The notes: generated from the letters alone by a model not told the origin. DNA of 64,000 bases from Defluviicoccus sp. (GCA_028820505.1 JAPPIT010000225.1:356-64355), one strand, 5' to 3'. Shown: positions 20,273 to 29,455, counted from the first letter of the stretch. Translations and numbers: made by a program.

Positions 20273-20278
20273 CCGCCC
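20213..20278. repeat. imperfect direct repeat, copy 2 (3' end of the SMR gene and its stop)
   Basis: See copy 1; the two copies bracket a 0.66-kb segment. Confidence 0.6.
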
Positions 20279-20436
20279 GAGCAATCGGATAGGAGAGTGA
20301 ACGGTTATGGATTCGGCCGGGAGGTGACCGGGGCCGACGTTCATGCGAGGGCGTCGACCATGTCGCGGGATGCCCCGCCCGGGACTCTTGGGAATTCGCC
20401 GCCTCGACGCCAATGGTGCAACGATCGGGAAAACGC

Positions 20437-20805
20437 TCAGGGTTGCTCTGCCGCGGGTTCGGCGCCGAAACGGCCGTGGAATTCGCCGCGCAGTTCCGAG
20501 ACCTCGCGGGACAGGCCGGACAGATCGCTGCGCAGATCGGCGACTTCGCCGCCCAGTTTCGAGACCTCACGGGACAACCCAGAGAGTTCGCCGCGCAGTT
20601 CCGACACCTCGCCGCGCAGTTCCGACACCTCGCCACGCAACCCCGACATCTCGCCGCGCAAACCGGTGAAATCGAGCGCCAGAGCGTCTATTCGACGGTC
20701 GAGCCGATCCGTCGATCTCCAGATGAACAGGCCCAGCGCGATCCCCACGCTAAGGACGGCGCCGATCTGGGCGCTCATTCCGATGATAGCAATCTCGGCG
20801 CTCAT
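20437..20805 (-). CDS. small membrane-anchored coiled-coil protein with nine tandem heptad repeats (uncharacterised family)
   Basis: 122 aa; N-terminal TM helix then GLRGEMS/GLRGEVS/ELRGEVS/ELRGELS... heptads; high GC3 in this frame; paralog at 60233 with the same MSAEI N-terminus. Confidence 0.55.
   Translation of the reverse strand: MSAEIAIIGMSAQIGAVLSVGIALGLFIWRSTDRLDRRIDALALDFTGLRGEMSGLRGEVSELRGEVSELRGELSGLSREVSKLGGEVADLRSDLSGLSREVSELRGEFHGRFGAEPAAEQP
20476..20664. repeat. 9 x 21-bp tandem repeat array (coding, heptad units)
   Basis: Units like GAACTGCGCGGCGAGGTGTCG repeated head-to-tail; all six frames open across the array. Confidence 0.7.
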
Positions 20806-20897
20806 CGATCCATTGTAATACTATTTAACGTAGAAAACCAGTCCGGATCGACCGTGATGAGGGGGGCCGGACCAAGGATCGAGGCCTGAAATGCGGG
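20806..20897 (-). promoter_or_regulatory. AT-rich intergenic region, candidate promoter for the repeat-protein gene
   Basis: TTGTAATACTATTTAACGTAGAAAACC stands out in a ~67% GC background. Confidence 0.3.
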
Positions 20898-22091
20898 CTA
20901 ATGTCCGCCGCGAATCAGCGCGCCCGTGGCGTAGCTGGTCGCCAGCGCCTCGTTGCCGCGCGGGCTGCGTACGAACCGGCGGGGCATGAGGGCGTTGAAA
21001 TCCTCGTAGCGCCCCGGGTCCAGGTCGGCCCCCGCGATGCCCGGGTGGCTCGCGTCGTAGCGGAAGCAGCGGAAGATCATGTTGTTGGTCCCGAAGACGG
21101 GGTGCTCGTAGTAGAACGGGCTCGCGAACTCCCACACGATATCGCCCTCGCGCGTCACCTCGAAGAGCCGCCCCCTGGTGGATTCGCAGATCAGCGTGTT
21201 GCCGTTGTCGAGCCGCTCGGCGCCCGAGCAGATGAAGCTGTTGAAGTCGTGCACCGGGTTTTCCTTGTATTCCCAGGCGATCTCGCCGGTGCGCGGATCG
21301 ACCTCCAGCACGCGGGAGAAGTCGATCGTCGTGTAGCGCCGGTGCGCCCCGTTGTCGAACACCAGCACGTTGCCGTTCGCGAGCCATGTCGGGTGGTGCT
21401 GGCCGGCGATGACACCCGGCCCCCAGCGCCAGTCGATGTTGCCCGTCTCCCGGTCGACGATGGCGATGGTGTCGATCACGCGGAAGCTCACGAGGATGCG
21501 GCCGTCCGGCAACTCCTCCAGCGAGTTGAGGTTGGTCCAGCGGTCGCGGGGGTGGAAGGGGCCGATGACGTCGCGCTCGGGGTCGAGATGCTCGAAGGTG
21601 AGCCACTCCCAGACGACGCGGCCGTCGCGGTCGATCTCCTGGACCGCCTCGCCGTACATTTCGCCGCGAAGCTCGGTGCCGGGCTGGCCGCCCCGGACGC
21701 GTGCGGCGGTCTCCCCCGGCACCTTCCGCCATTTGTTCACCAGCAGGTTGCCGTTGCGGAGCGGCGCGAAACAGTGGCTGAGATGCGGGTCGCGGTACTC
21801 CCAGACCGCGTTGCCGTCCCAATCCAGCTCGACGATCTGGCCGCCGTTGCCGGCGAACTCCGGGATCGCTGCCGGCAGGGTGCGCCCGGCGAACAGCAGG
21901 TTTCCGTTGGGCAGGAGCTCGCCGTAGTTCCCGGGCAGGTTTTCCGTTTGCCAGCGCTGGACGATGGCGCCCCACATGTCGATGAGCCACACGTTGCGGC
22001 CGTACATGGGCGCGAACAGGGTATAGCCCGGCCGTGCGCGCGCCGGTTCATGGTGCGTCACGCCGTGGACCATCCGAAGAGCGGCACTCAT
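20898..22091 (-). CDS. arylsulfotransferase (ASST)-family beta-propeller protein
   Basis: Repeated WEY/NGN blades, HHPTW motif typical of ASST family; no signal peptide; start uncertain (ATG at 22091 with GGGG SD, or TTG at 22157 13 nt after the upstream stop). Confidence 0.6.
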   Translation of the reverse strand: MSAALRMVHGVTHHEPARARPGYTLFAPMYGRNVWLIDMWGAIVQRWQTENLPGNYGELLPNGNLLFAGRTLPAAIPEFAGNGGQIVELDWDGNAVWEYRDPHLSHCFAPLRNGNLLVNKWRKVPGETAARVRGGQPGTELRGEMYGEAVQEIDRDGRVVWEWLTFEHLDPERDVIGPFHPRDRWTNLNSLEELPDGRILVSFRVIDTIAIVDRETGNIDWRWGPGVIAGQHHPTWLANGNVLVFDNGAHRRYTTIDFSRVLEVDPRTGEIAWEYKENPVHDFNSFICSGAERLDNGNTLICESTRGRLFEVTREGDIVWEFASPFYYEHPVFGTNNMIFRCFRYDASHPGIAGADLDPGRYEDFNALMPRRFVRSPRGNEALATSYATGALIRGGH

Positions 22092-22170
22092 GGCCCCGAT
22101 CCCGTTGCAGGTCAAAGGGTTAGAGGCGATTGAACGGTCCCGCGGACGCGGTGTCAACGCCCGGGCGGGC

Positions 22171-22734
22171 TCACCGGGCGCGGGCCGCGCGGCCCGGCGG
22201 CGCGAGGGGTACGCGGACCTGCGCCGGACGCCAGGCCGCCGCCGGACTGGCGGGGGCGGGCGAGTCGCCGGGCCGGGCGACGACGTCGAAGCGGGGCGCC
22301 GGCAGAGAATCGTCGACCGCCCACATCTCCAGTGCCACCCCGTAATAGCGGACGCCCCCGCCGCTATGGAGGTTCAGCCTGTCAATAGCCTCCCGGTGGA
22401 CGTCGCGGAACTCCCGCGCAAGCCAGACCGCGGCGGCGGCGTCGAATGCCGTCGCATACGCCATGAGCTGGCCGAGATGGGCGTGGTCGGACGGGCCGAG
22501 CTGGGCTTCGATCACCACGGGGAGCCCGGAGGCAACGTCGCGGCAGACGATGTCCGCCTGGCAGCCCGCGGCGCGCCGTTCCGGCACCGGGGCCACGAGA
22601 CGCAACCCTACCGCCTCGCCGAGTGCCTCCAGGTTGTCGGGCGAGGCGAGCCACGGCGCGAATTCCGGGCACTCGCGCGCCCAGACGTCCCGGAGCGCGA
22701 CGCGCGCGAGTCGTCCGGTGCGGCGTTCGGTCAT
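22171..22734 (-). CDS. hypothetical protein with NucS C-terminal-like PD-(D/E)xK nuclease fold (E-A-Q variant)
   Basis: W..E...F..WL.....L.E.LGL.L....E......G..DIVCRD...G.PVVIEAQLG..D..HLGQLMAY matches the NucS/DUF91 nuclease-domain pattern; GGAGAG SD; Ala/Pro-rich tail. Confidence 0.4.
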   Translation of the reverse strand: MTERRTGRLARVALRDVWARECPEFAPWLASPDNLEALGEAVGLRLVAPVPERRAAGCQADIVCRDVASGLPVVIEAQLGPSDHAHLGQLMAYATAFDAAAAVWLAREFRDVHREAIDRLNLHSGGGVRYYGVALEMWAVDDSLPAPRFDVVARPGDSPAPASPAAAWRPAQVRVPLAPPGRAARAR

Positions 22735-22770
22735 GCGCCGGGCTCTCCAGGTCGGTCATGCGATGGGTAT

Positions 22771-22807
22771 CGGAAAAGAAAAGGGGCGCCGGAAGGCCCG
22801 ACGCCCC
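22771..22807 (-). terminator. rho-independent terminator (minus strand)
   Basis: On minus strand GGGGCGUCGGGCCUUCCGGCGCCCC followed by UUUUCUUUU. Confidence 0.4.
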
Positions 22808-22906
22808 ATCTTTCGCCAGATTGCCAAATATTCCCCGATTCGTGTCCCCGGTCAAGATTTATTTTCACCGAAGAACATATTTGAGCGCCGAACACCCCCT
22901 TTTGTC

Positions 22907-23017
22907 GTCATGCCCGGACTTGTTCCGGGCATCCACGTCTTGCGGCATAGCGGTGCGAGTGGGGCGAGGGCGAGGCGGCGGACCCACGTGGATGCCCGGA
23001 ACAAGTCCGGGCATGAC
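22907..23017. repeat. MITE-like palindromic element, family 1, copy A (two inverted 32-nt arms, each itself a hairpin)
   Basis: GTCATGCCCGGACTTGTTCCGGGCATCCACGTC ... GACCCACGTGGATGCCCGGAACAAGTCCGGGCATGAC; same unit at 60595, 60927 and 61182; translates to spurious MPGLVPGIHV / VDARNKSGHD ORFs. Confidence 0.7.
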
Positions 23018-23131
23018 GGGGAGGGGTCAGGTGCCGGAGAATGCCCGCCCCACCCGACATTGTCCCCGCTCATCGGCGCACTGCCCGCTCCGAAAATCCA
23101 GACCGGACAGCAATGGGTTTGTTAATGACGG

Positions 23132-23701
23132 CTACTCGTCGGCCGGGCGGACGCGGTCGAGCTTTTCCAGCCAGCGGTCCGGCAGGCCGTGCGCGCGGGC
23201 GCCCTCGCGCAAGAGAAGGATATAGCGCAGCGACGGGTTGCCGTCGGTTTCCCCGCCGCGAGCCGCATACGCGATCGCCGGGAGGGGTCGATCGTCGGCG
23301 TCTTCCGCGGCAACCCGGATCGGGCGGTAGTATCCGCCGGGAATGCCCTCGGTGCTATTCAGCCTGAGGAGATCGCGCCTGACGATCCGGTACGCGACGC
23401 CCCACACCTCCTCGCCGGGACAGGGTTCGATGTTCGCCGGTGCGGCCCTGCCCCTCGGCCGGCCTTCCAGGTTGAAGCGCAACCGGTAGCCCGCGACCCG
23501 GGCGACCCGCCATTCGCGGGGATTCATGCGGCGGCGGCCGCGGAACACGTCGTCGTGCATGTTGGACCCGAACGCGAAATACCAGACCTCGTCGTCCGGC
23601 GCGCCGTCGAGCGGCAACCCGTGAAAGCGGTACCAGAGCTTCGACAGGAGCCACGACCTGGCGATGGCGCGGCGTGCGGCGCGTCTCAACGTCCAGAACA
23701 T
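23132..23701 (-). CDS. gamma-glutamylcyclotransferase (GGCT/AIG2-like) family protein
   Basis: YFAFGSNM motif. Confidence 0.7.
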   Translation of the reverse strand: MFWTLRRAARRAIARSWLLSKLWYRFHGLPLDGAPDDEVWYFAFGSNMHDDVFRGRRRMNPREWRVARVAGYRLRFNLEGRPRGRAAPANIEPCPGEEVWGVAYRIVRRDLLRLNSTEGIPGGYYRPIRVAAEDADDRPLPAIAYAARGGETDGNPSLRYILLLREGARAHGLPDRWLEKLDRVRPADE

Positions 23702-23723
23702 CGCTCGCCCGCTTTCCCTTCGT

Positions 23724-24020
23724 TCAGGGCGCGTCCGGCGGCTCGTTGAAGGTCCATTTCCACGGGCGGATCAGGGTGGTGTCGAACAGCCCGGCCCGGT
23801 AATAGGGATCGTCCCGCGTGAAGGCGAGCACCTCGTCGTACGACTCCGCCTCGAAGACGAACATGTTGCCCGTCGACATCGACCCGTCCTCGGTGACCGT
23901 CGGGCCGGCGAACACGATGCGGTCGCGGAAGCCCTCGATATAGTCGTGCTGCGCCGGGCGGTTGGCGAGGCGCACGGCGTTGCGGCCGGGCTTGTCGATG
24001 TTGACGATCAGAAACAGCAT
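23724..24020 (-). CDS. YciI-like family protein
   Basis: 98 aa from MLFLIVNIDKPG; internal start chosen because the upstream 17 codons lack an RBS. Confidence 0.6.
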   Translation of the reverse strand: MLFLIVNIDKPGRNAVRLANRPAQHDYIEGFRDRIVFAGPTVTEDGSMSTGNMFVFEAESYDEVLAFTRDDPYYRAGLFDTTLIRPWKWTFNEPPDAP

Positions 24021-24117
24021 TTTCCCGGTTTCCCTTTCCACGTTCGGCCCGGACGGCGCCGTGCCCACCATGACGGAAGGGTTCGGATATAGCGCTTCCG
24101 ACGAAAACAGACCCGCC

Positions 24118-25281
24118 CTAGCGTTCGGCGCCCCAGACCATGTAGGAAATCGCCGCGCCCAACCGGCCGAACACGCCTGTCCGGTCGACGTCGGCGCCGG
24201 CGACGAGCGGAACTTCGAGGGTTTTGAAATCGGGGGCGGTAACCACCAGGCTCGCGATTTTCGTTCCCTTGGCGATCGGCGCCGGAACCGGACCCTCGTA
24301 GACCACTTTCGCCTTGAGCCCGCGGCGCGAGGCGCGCGGCAGGGAAATCCTGACGTCGCGTTCCGTCACCAGCGGCACCGTCTCCTCCTCGCCGAGCCAG
24401 ACATCCGCGTTCTCGACGACGGCGCCGCTCTCGAAGAGGTCGTAGTTCCTGAAGGACTGATAGGCCCAGTCGAGCAGGCGGCGCGCCTCGAACGACCGGG
24501 TCCTGGCGCTCCGGAGCCCGGTGAGCACCAGCACCACGCGCCGCCCGTCGCGCACGGCCGATGCCACCAGCCCGTAGCCGGACGCCCGGGTGTGACCGGT
24601 CTTCAGGCCGTCCGCTCCCGTGTCGCGGTAGAGCAGCGGGTTTCGGTTTCCCTGCTTGATCTTGTTGTAGCGGAAGGACTTCTCGGCGAAATAGGGGTAG
24701 TACTCCGGGAATTCCTCGATGATGCGCTTCGTAAGCGCGGCGAGGTCGCGCGGGCTCATGACATGGTTGTCGGCCGGCCAACCGGTGGAATTGACGAAGT
24801 TGGAGTCGGTAAGGCCCAATTCCCTGGCCCTGCGGTTCATCGCGTCGGCGAACGCGCTTTCCGAGCCGGACAGCGCCTCGGCGACCACGATGCAGGCGTC
24901 GTTGCCCGACTGGACGACGATCCCCCGGACCAGGTCCTCCACACGCACCCGCTTGTCGACCTCGACGAACATCTTCGAGCCGCCCATCCGCCAGGCCTTG
25001 CGGCTGACGACGAACTTGTCGTCGAGAGAGAGCTTTCCCTGCTTGAGCTGCTCGAAAACCATGTAAAGCGTCATCAGCTTGCTCAACGACGCGGGCGGGG
25101 TGGGGGTGGCGATGTCTTTCTCCAGCAGCACGGTCCCGGTCTGCAGGTCGACGATGTAGGCCTGTTTCGCCGTCGTCTCCATCCCGGGGGAAGCCGTCGC
25201 GGCGAGGCACGTTGCCGCGGCCACTGTGGCCACTACGGCGCCGCGCGCGATCGACCGGATCGACGGTGGGTTCGAGCTCAT
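24118..25281 (-). CDS. D-alanyl-D-alanine carboxypeptidase (PBP5/DacA-like)
   Basis: Signal peptide, SLSK (SxxK), SGN and KTG motifs, PBP5 C-terminal domain. Confidence 0.85.
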   Translation of the reverse strand: MSSNPPSIRSIARGAVVATVAAATCLAATASPGMETTAKQAYIVDLQTGTVLLEKDIATPTPPASLSKLMTLYMVFEQLKQGKLSLDDKFVVSRKAWRMGGSKMFVEVDKRVRVEDLVRGIVVQSGNDACIVVAEALSGSESAFADAMNRRARELGLTDSNFVNSTGWPADNHVMSPRDLAALTKRIIEEFPEYYPYFAEKSFRYNKIKQGNRNPLLYRDTGADGLKTGHTRASGYGLVASAVRDGRRVVLVLTGLRSARTRSFEARRLLDWAYQSFRNYDLFESGAVVENADVWLGEEETVPLVTERDVRISLPRASRRGLKAKVVYEGPVPAPIAKGTKIASLVVTAPDFKTLEVPLVAGADVDRTGVFGRLGAAISYMVWGAER

Positions 25282-25468
25282 TTCCGGCCCTCTGAAATGC
25301 CGCGGGAGCGGCCGAATCGGCCGCTTAACAGATAGGGCATGGCGGATCGGCCGTCCAGCCCCGGCGGCGCCGCGTCCGGGGCGCCCCCTGCCGGTCCGAT
25401 CGGGACTTGAGCCGCCGGCCAAACGGCTTCACTCTTGGCGCGCACGAAACCGAACGGAGCGCCAGGCG

Positions 25469-26533
25469 ATGAAACACGACATCCCCGTCTTCGACGGCGA
25501 CGGCCATGTCCTCGAGCCCGACCGCGAACTCGCGGAGCACTACGAGGGCAGGTGGACCGGCAACCGCCGTCTCGAAGGCATGACCATCTTCCCGAGCCTC
25601 GACGGCTGGTCGCGCAGCTCGATCGTGGGGGAAGGCGACGAAGGCCGCAGATACTGGTCGACCGATTCCGACATCTGGGCCGAGATCCTCGACAAGATCG
25701 GACTCGAAGGCAGCGTTCTCTACCCCACCTCCGGGCTCGCCTACGGGCTGATGCAGAGCGAGGAGTTCCAGACCGCAACCTGCATCGCCTACAACAACTG
25801 GCTGGAAGAGCAGTACACCAGGAAGGACAGCCGGCTCTGGGGCGTCGGGCTGATCCCCTACAACGACGTCGAGGCGGCGAAGAAGGAAGTCGCCCGCTGC
25901 GCCACCCAGCGAACCAATTTCGGCGCGATGCTGCTGCCGACGGTCACCGTCAACGGCAAGTATTTCGGCGACGAGTGCTACTGGCCGATCTACGAGGAGG
26001 CCGAGCGCCAGGGGATGACCATCGCGTTCCACGGCGCGGTGAGCCGGGGCTTCGGGCTCGACAACCTGAAGCCCTTCCTCAAGGTCCACACGCTCGAGCA
26101 TCCGGTCCCGCTGATGATCCAGATGACCGACATGATGTTCAACGGCGTCTTCGAGACTTTCCCGAACCTCAAGTTCGCGTTTCTCGAAGGCGGCTGCGCC
26201 TGGATCACCTTCATGATGGACCGGCTCGACTACGAGCTCGATTCGGTTTTCGGCGTGCCGGTCCGGTCCAAGCTGTCCAAGAAGCCGTCGGAGATCATCC
26301 GCGACACCGAGAGCATCTGGCTGTCCTGCGAGATGGGCGAAAAGAGCCTCAAATACGTCATCGACGCGATGGGATCGGACCGGATCATCTACGCGTCCGA
26401 TTTCCCGCACGAGCCGACGGAAGACGATCTGACGGCCGACGTGCCGGACTTCCTCGCCGACAACGAGTACTCGATGGAGGTCAAGGAAAAGATCCTCTAT
26501 CACAACACCAAGGCGCTCTACGGCATCCAGTAG
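25469..26533 (+). CDS. amidohydrolase_2 family protein (ACMSD/LigW/LigJ-like metal-dependent decarboxylase or hydratase)
   Basis: 354 aa from MKHDIPVFDGDGHV (DxHxH-like N-terminal metal site), TIM-barrel amidohydrolase_2 pattern. Confidence 0.75.
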   Translation: MKHDIPVFDGDGHVLEPDRELAEHYEGRWTGNRRLEGMTIFPSLDGWSRSSIVGEGDEGRRYWSTDSDIWAEILDKIGLEGSVLYPTSGLAYGLMQSEEFQTATCIAYNNWLEEQYTRKDSRLWGVGLIPYNDVEAAKKEVARCATQRTNFGAMLLPTVTVNGKYFGDECYWPIYEEAERQGMTIAFHGAVSRGFGLDNLKPFLKVHTLEHPVPLMIQMTDMMFNGVFETFPNLKFAFLEGGCAWITFMMDRLDYELDSVFGVPVRSKLSKKPSEIIRDTESIWLSCEMGEKSLKYVIDAMGSDRIIYASDFPHEPTEDDLTADVPDFLADNEYSMEVKEKILYHNTKALYGIQ

Positions 26534-26615
26534 CCGCGGCCGCTCCGTTCGCGCCCGGCCGGCCGGCCTGCGCCGGCGGGGCGTCGGCGGAATCGTCCAG
26601 CGCGGGAATACGGGC

Positions 26616-27953
26616 GTGCGGATATTTTCACGCAAGAAGCGGCCGATGCATCTCGGCCCCTATCCGATGGAGAAGCTGCGGCGCGTCGACCGTCCGACGA
26701 CGCTGATCACGGAAAACGTGAAGCAGGTGCCCAAGCGCGCCGGCTTCTTCGTCCGCGCCTTCTACGGCGACCTCGGCCCCAAGCCGGCAAGGGAAATCCG
26801 CCGCTTCATCACCAAGAACCCGCTGAACGCGGCGATCGGCCACCTGCACTGGAAGCACGTGCCCGCCCACAAGGGCGATCCGGCGGACGAGAAGGCGCCG
26901 CTCCCGAACGATGCGGAAGAGCTTACGAAACACATCAAGTCGCTCTGCTACTTCCTCGATGCGGACATGGTCGGGGTCTGCGAGGTTCCCGAATACGCCT
27001 GGTTCTCGCACGAGAGCGACGGCACGCCGATCGAGACCCGGCACAAATACGCCGTCGTCATCGTGATCGACCAGGGCTGGGACACGTTCGAAGCGTCGTC
27101 CGGCGACGACTGGGTCTCGGGCGCGCAGAGCTATCGCGCCTATCTGAACGGCTCTACCACCGCCACCATCGTCGCCGACTATATCCGCCGCCTCGGATAT
27201 CCCGCCCAGGCGCACTCCAACGCCCACGGCGACGTGATGCAGATCCCGCTGATGCTCCTTGCCGGGCTCGGCGAGATGAGCCGTATCGGGGAGCTCGTCC
27301 TCAACCCCTTCATCGGGCCGCGCCACAAGACCGCGATCGTCACCACCGACCTGCCGCTGGTTCCCGACAAGCCGATCGATTTCGGGCTCCAGGATTTCTG
27401 CGACAAGTGCCGAAAATGCGCCCGCGAGTGCCCGGCCCAGGCCATCCCGTTCGGCGACAAGGTGCTCTACAACGGCTACGAGATCTGGAAGCCCGACGTC
27501 GAGAAATGCACAAAGTACCGGGTGACCAACCTGAAGGGCTCGGCCTGCGGGCGCTGCATGAAGATGTGCCCGTGGAACAAGGAGGGGCTGCTCGCCCACC
27601 GGCTCGCGATGTGGGCGGCGATCAGGCTGCCGCTCTCGCGCCGCTTCCTGATCTGGCTCGACGACGCGCTCGGCTACGGCAAGCGGAACCCGGTCAAGCG
27701 CTGGTGGCTCGACCTGGTGAAGGAGGACGGCCGGATCGTCGCGGCGTCCGGCACCAACGAGCGCGACCTGTCGCTCGAACGCGATGTCTCGGGCGGCAAC
27801 GAACGGGTCGCGACCTACCCGGTGGACAAGCTGCCGACCGCCGGGGACAAGGAGACCGTGCCGCTGGACCGCAAGGCGGGGCTCGACGATACGAGGCGAG
27901 CGGAAGAAGAGCTGGCCGCGCTCAAGGAAGAGGTGGCGGGGCCGGCGCGCTGA
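26616..27953 (+). CDS. reductive dehalogenase (RdhA)-homologous, cobalamin/[4Fe-4S] protein, cytoplasmic type
   Basis: AGLGEMSRIGELVLNPFIGPRHKTAIVTTDLPLVPDKPIDFGLQDFCDKCRKCARECP plus second CGRCMKMCPW motif; closely resembles the RdhA/QueG corrinoid-Fe-S core; no Tat signal and no RdhB-like anchor gene. Confidence 0.65.
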   Translation: MRIFSRKKRPMHLGPYPMEKLRRVDRPTTLITENVKQVPKRAGFFVRAFYGDLGPKPAREIRRFITKNPLNAAIGHLHWKHVPAHKGDPADEKAPLPNDAEELTKHIKSLCYFLDADMVGVCEVPEYAWFSHESDGTPIETRHKYAVVIVIDQGWDTFEASSGDDWVSGAQSYRAYLNGSTTATIVADYIRRLGYPAQAHSNAHGDVMQIPLMLLAGLGEMSRIGELVLNPFIGPRHKTAIVTTDLPLVPDKPIDFGLQDFCDKCRKCARECPAQAIPFGDKVLYNGYEIWKPDVEKCTKYRVTNLKGSACGRCMKMCPWNKEGLLAHRLAMWAAIRLPLSRRFLIWLDDALGYGKRNPVKRWWLDLVKEDGRIVAASGTNERDLSLERDVSGGNERVATYPVDKLPTAGDKETVPLDRKAGLDDTRRAEEELAALKEEVAGPAR

Positions 27954-27959
27954 GTCCGC

Positions 27960-28364
27960 TCAGCCCTTCGCCGACGCTCCGAGAACGCCCTCCGCCTCGA
28001 TCTCGACATTCATCTCCGGCGCCGCGAGCGCGCTCACCTCGACCAGCGTCGACACCGGAAAATCGCCCGTAAAGAACTCGCGCCGCGCGCGCCACACCTC
28101 TTCGCGGTTGCGGATGTCGGTGACGAAGATGTTGACCCTGACGATATCCGCCATCGATCCGCCGGCGGCCTCGATCAGATGCTTTATCTTGGTCAGGCAG
28201 ACCCTGGCCTGCTCGTACTCGTCCATGTCCGCGAGCGGCTTGAAATCGGCGCCGCGCGCCGTCATGCCGGCGATGTAGACGCGATCGTCCGCGACGAGAC
28301 AGTTGGACCATGTCTCCGGCGGGGGCTCCGACACCTTTTCCGACTGAACGCGTTCGATCGCCAT
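27960..28364 (-). CDS. RidA/YjgF family protein
   Basis: 134 aa from MAIERVQSE with GGAGG SD; YjgF fold signature near the C-terminus. Confidence 0.8.
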   Translation of the reverse strand: MAIERVQSEKVSEPPPETWSNCLVADDRVYIAGMTARGADFKPLADMDEYEQARVCLTKIKHLIEAAGGSMADIVRVNIFVTDIRNREEVWRARREFFTGDFPVSTLVEVSALAAPEMNVEIEAEGVLGASAKG

Positions 28365-28477
28365 CTCGTACCTCCCTGCCGGCCGATGCCGGGTCAGTTT
28401 CCGCGCCGCGGCGGGTCGGGGCAAGCCCGGCATACGCTTGTCGCCGGTGAGCCCGCCACCTAGGTTGCTCCGTCGGC

Positions 28478-29455
28478 ATGCGCCGAATCCCGACACAAGG
28501 TATTTCGATGGCAGGGAATCCGCTTCGAGGCAGTTCCGACGCGCGCGGCCTTGCCATGCGCGTCCTGACCTCGCCCTATCTCGCGGTCACCGTCGCGATG
28601 CTGTGCTGGGCCGGCAGCACCGTCGTCGTGCGCGGATTGCGCGACGAAGCCCCGCCGCTCGGGCTTTCGTTCTGGCGCACCCTGCTCGGCGCCATGATCG
28701 TCCTGCCCTTCGCCTGGCGTCCGATGATGCAGCAGATCCACCTCATTCGGCGGCATTTCTGGATCATGCTGCTGCTGGCCTTCCTGCTGTTCGTCGGCGG
28801 CAACGCCGTCCTGTTCCTGTCGCTGCAATACACCATCGCCATCAATGTCGGGGTTCTGAACTCCTTCGAGCCGCTGATCATCATCATTGCCGCCTGGGCG
28901 ATCTTCCGCGACCGCGTGACCTTCAACCAAGTCGCCGGGGTGCTGGTCTCCCTGCTCGGCGTCTTCGCGTTGATCGGGCGGGGCGATCCCCGGGCGATCC
29001 TCGCGCTCGACTTCAATCTCGGCGATATCCTGGTGCTCGGCGCCTATATCAGCTGGGCGCTGTACGCGGTCTATCTCAGACTCGCTCCGCGCGCGCTGGA
29101 CCAGCGCGTGATGCTCTTCCTGCTCCTGTTCCTGGGCGCGCTGCTGCTGATCCCGTTCTACCTGATCGAATGGGCGGTCGACCGGCCGATGACCTTCGGC
29201 CTGCCCTCGATCGCCGCCATCGTGGGGCTCGCGCTGTTCTCCTCGGTCATCGCCGTCTTCCTGTGGAACTACTCGATCCAGCATCTCGGCCCCTCGCTCG
29301 CGGGAATCTTCATCCACATGATCGTGGCCTTCACGGTGGTCATGGCGATCGCGTTCCTGGGCGAGGTCTTCGCCTGGTTCCACGGCGTGGGCGTGGCGCT
29401 GATCGGAGCCGGGATCTACCTGTCGATCTATCGCGGCCGGGCGGATGGCGGCTGA
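28478..29455 (+). CDS. DMT superfamily (EamA-like) transporter
   Basis: 10 predicted TM helices, duplicated EamA domains; alternative start at 28508. Confidence 0.75.
   Translation: MRRIPTQGISMAGNPLRGSSDARGLAMRVLTSPYLAVTVAMLCWAGSTVVVRGLRDEAPPLGLSFWRTLLGAMIVLPFAWRPMMQQIHLIRRHFWIMLLLAFLLFVGGNAVLFLSLQYTIAINVGVLNSFEPLIIIIAAWAIFRDRVTFNQVAGVLVSLLGVFALIGRGDPRAILALDFNLGDILVLGAYISWALYAVYLRLAPRALDQRVMLFLLLFLGALLLIPFYLIEWAVDRPMTFGLPSIAAIVGLALFSSVIAVFLWNYSIQHLGPSLAGIFIHMIVAFTVVMAIAFLGEVFAWFHGVGVALIGAGIYLSIYRGRADGG

Noticed and set aside
20476-20664. CRISPR array
   Set aside because: The 21-bp units are contiguous with no spacers and encode heptads in an open frame, so this is a coding tandem repeat.
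22623-23225. 200-aa plus ORF and other ORFs across 22852..23125
   Set aside because: Translations of the palindromic MITE (SSCPDLFRAST / MPGLVPGIHV / VDARNKSGHD).
24719-25066. B12-box-like GCCACTG near 25230 and the possibility of a cobalamin riboswitch for the RdhA cluster
   Set aside because: The match lies inside the dacA coding region on the wrong strand, and no extended riboswitch consensus is visible in the 25282..25468 intergenic region.
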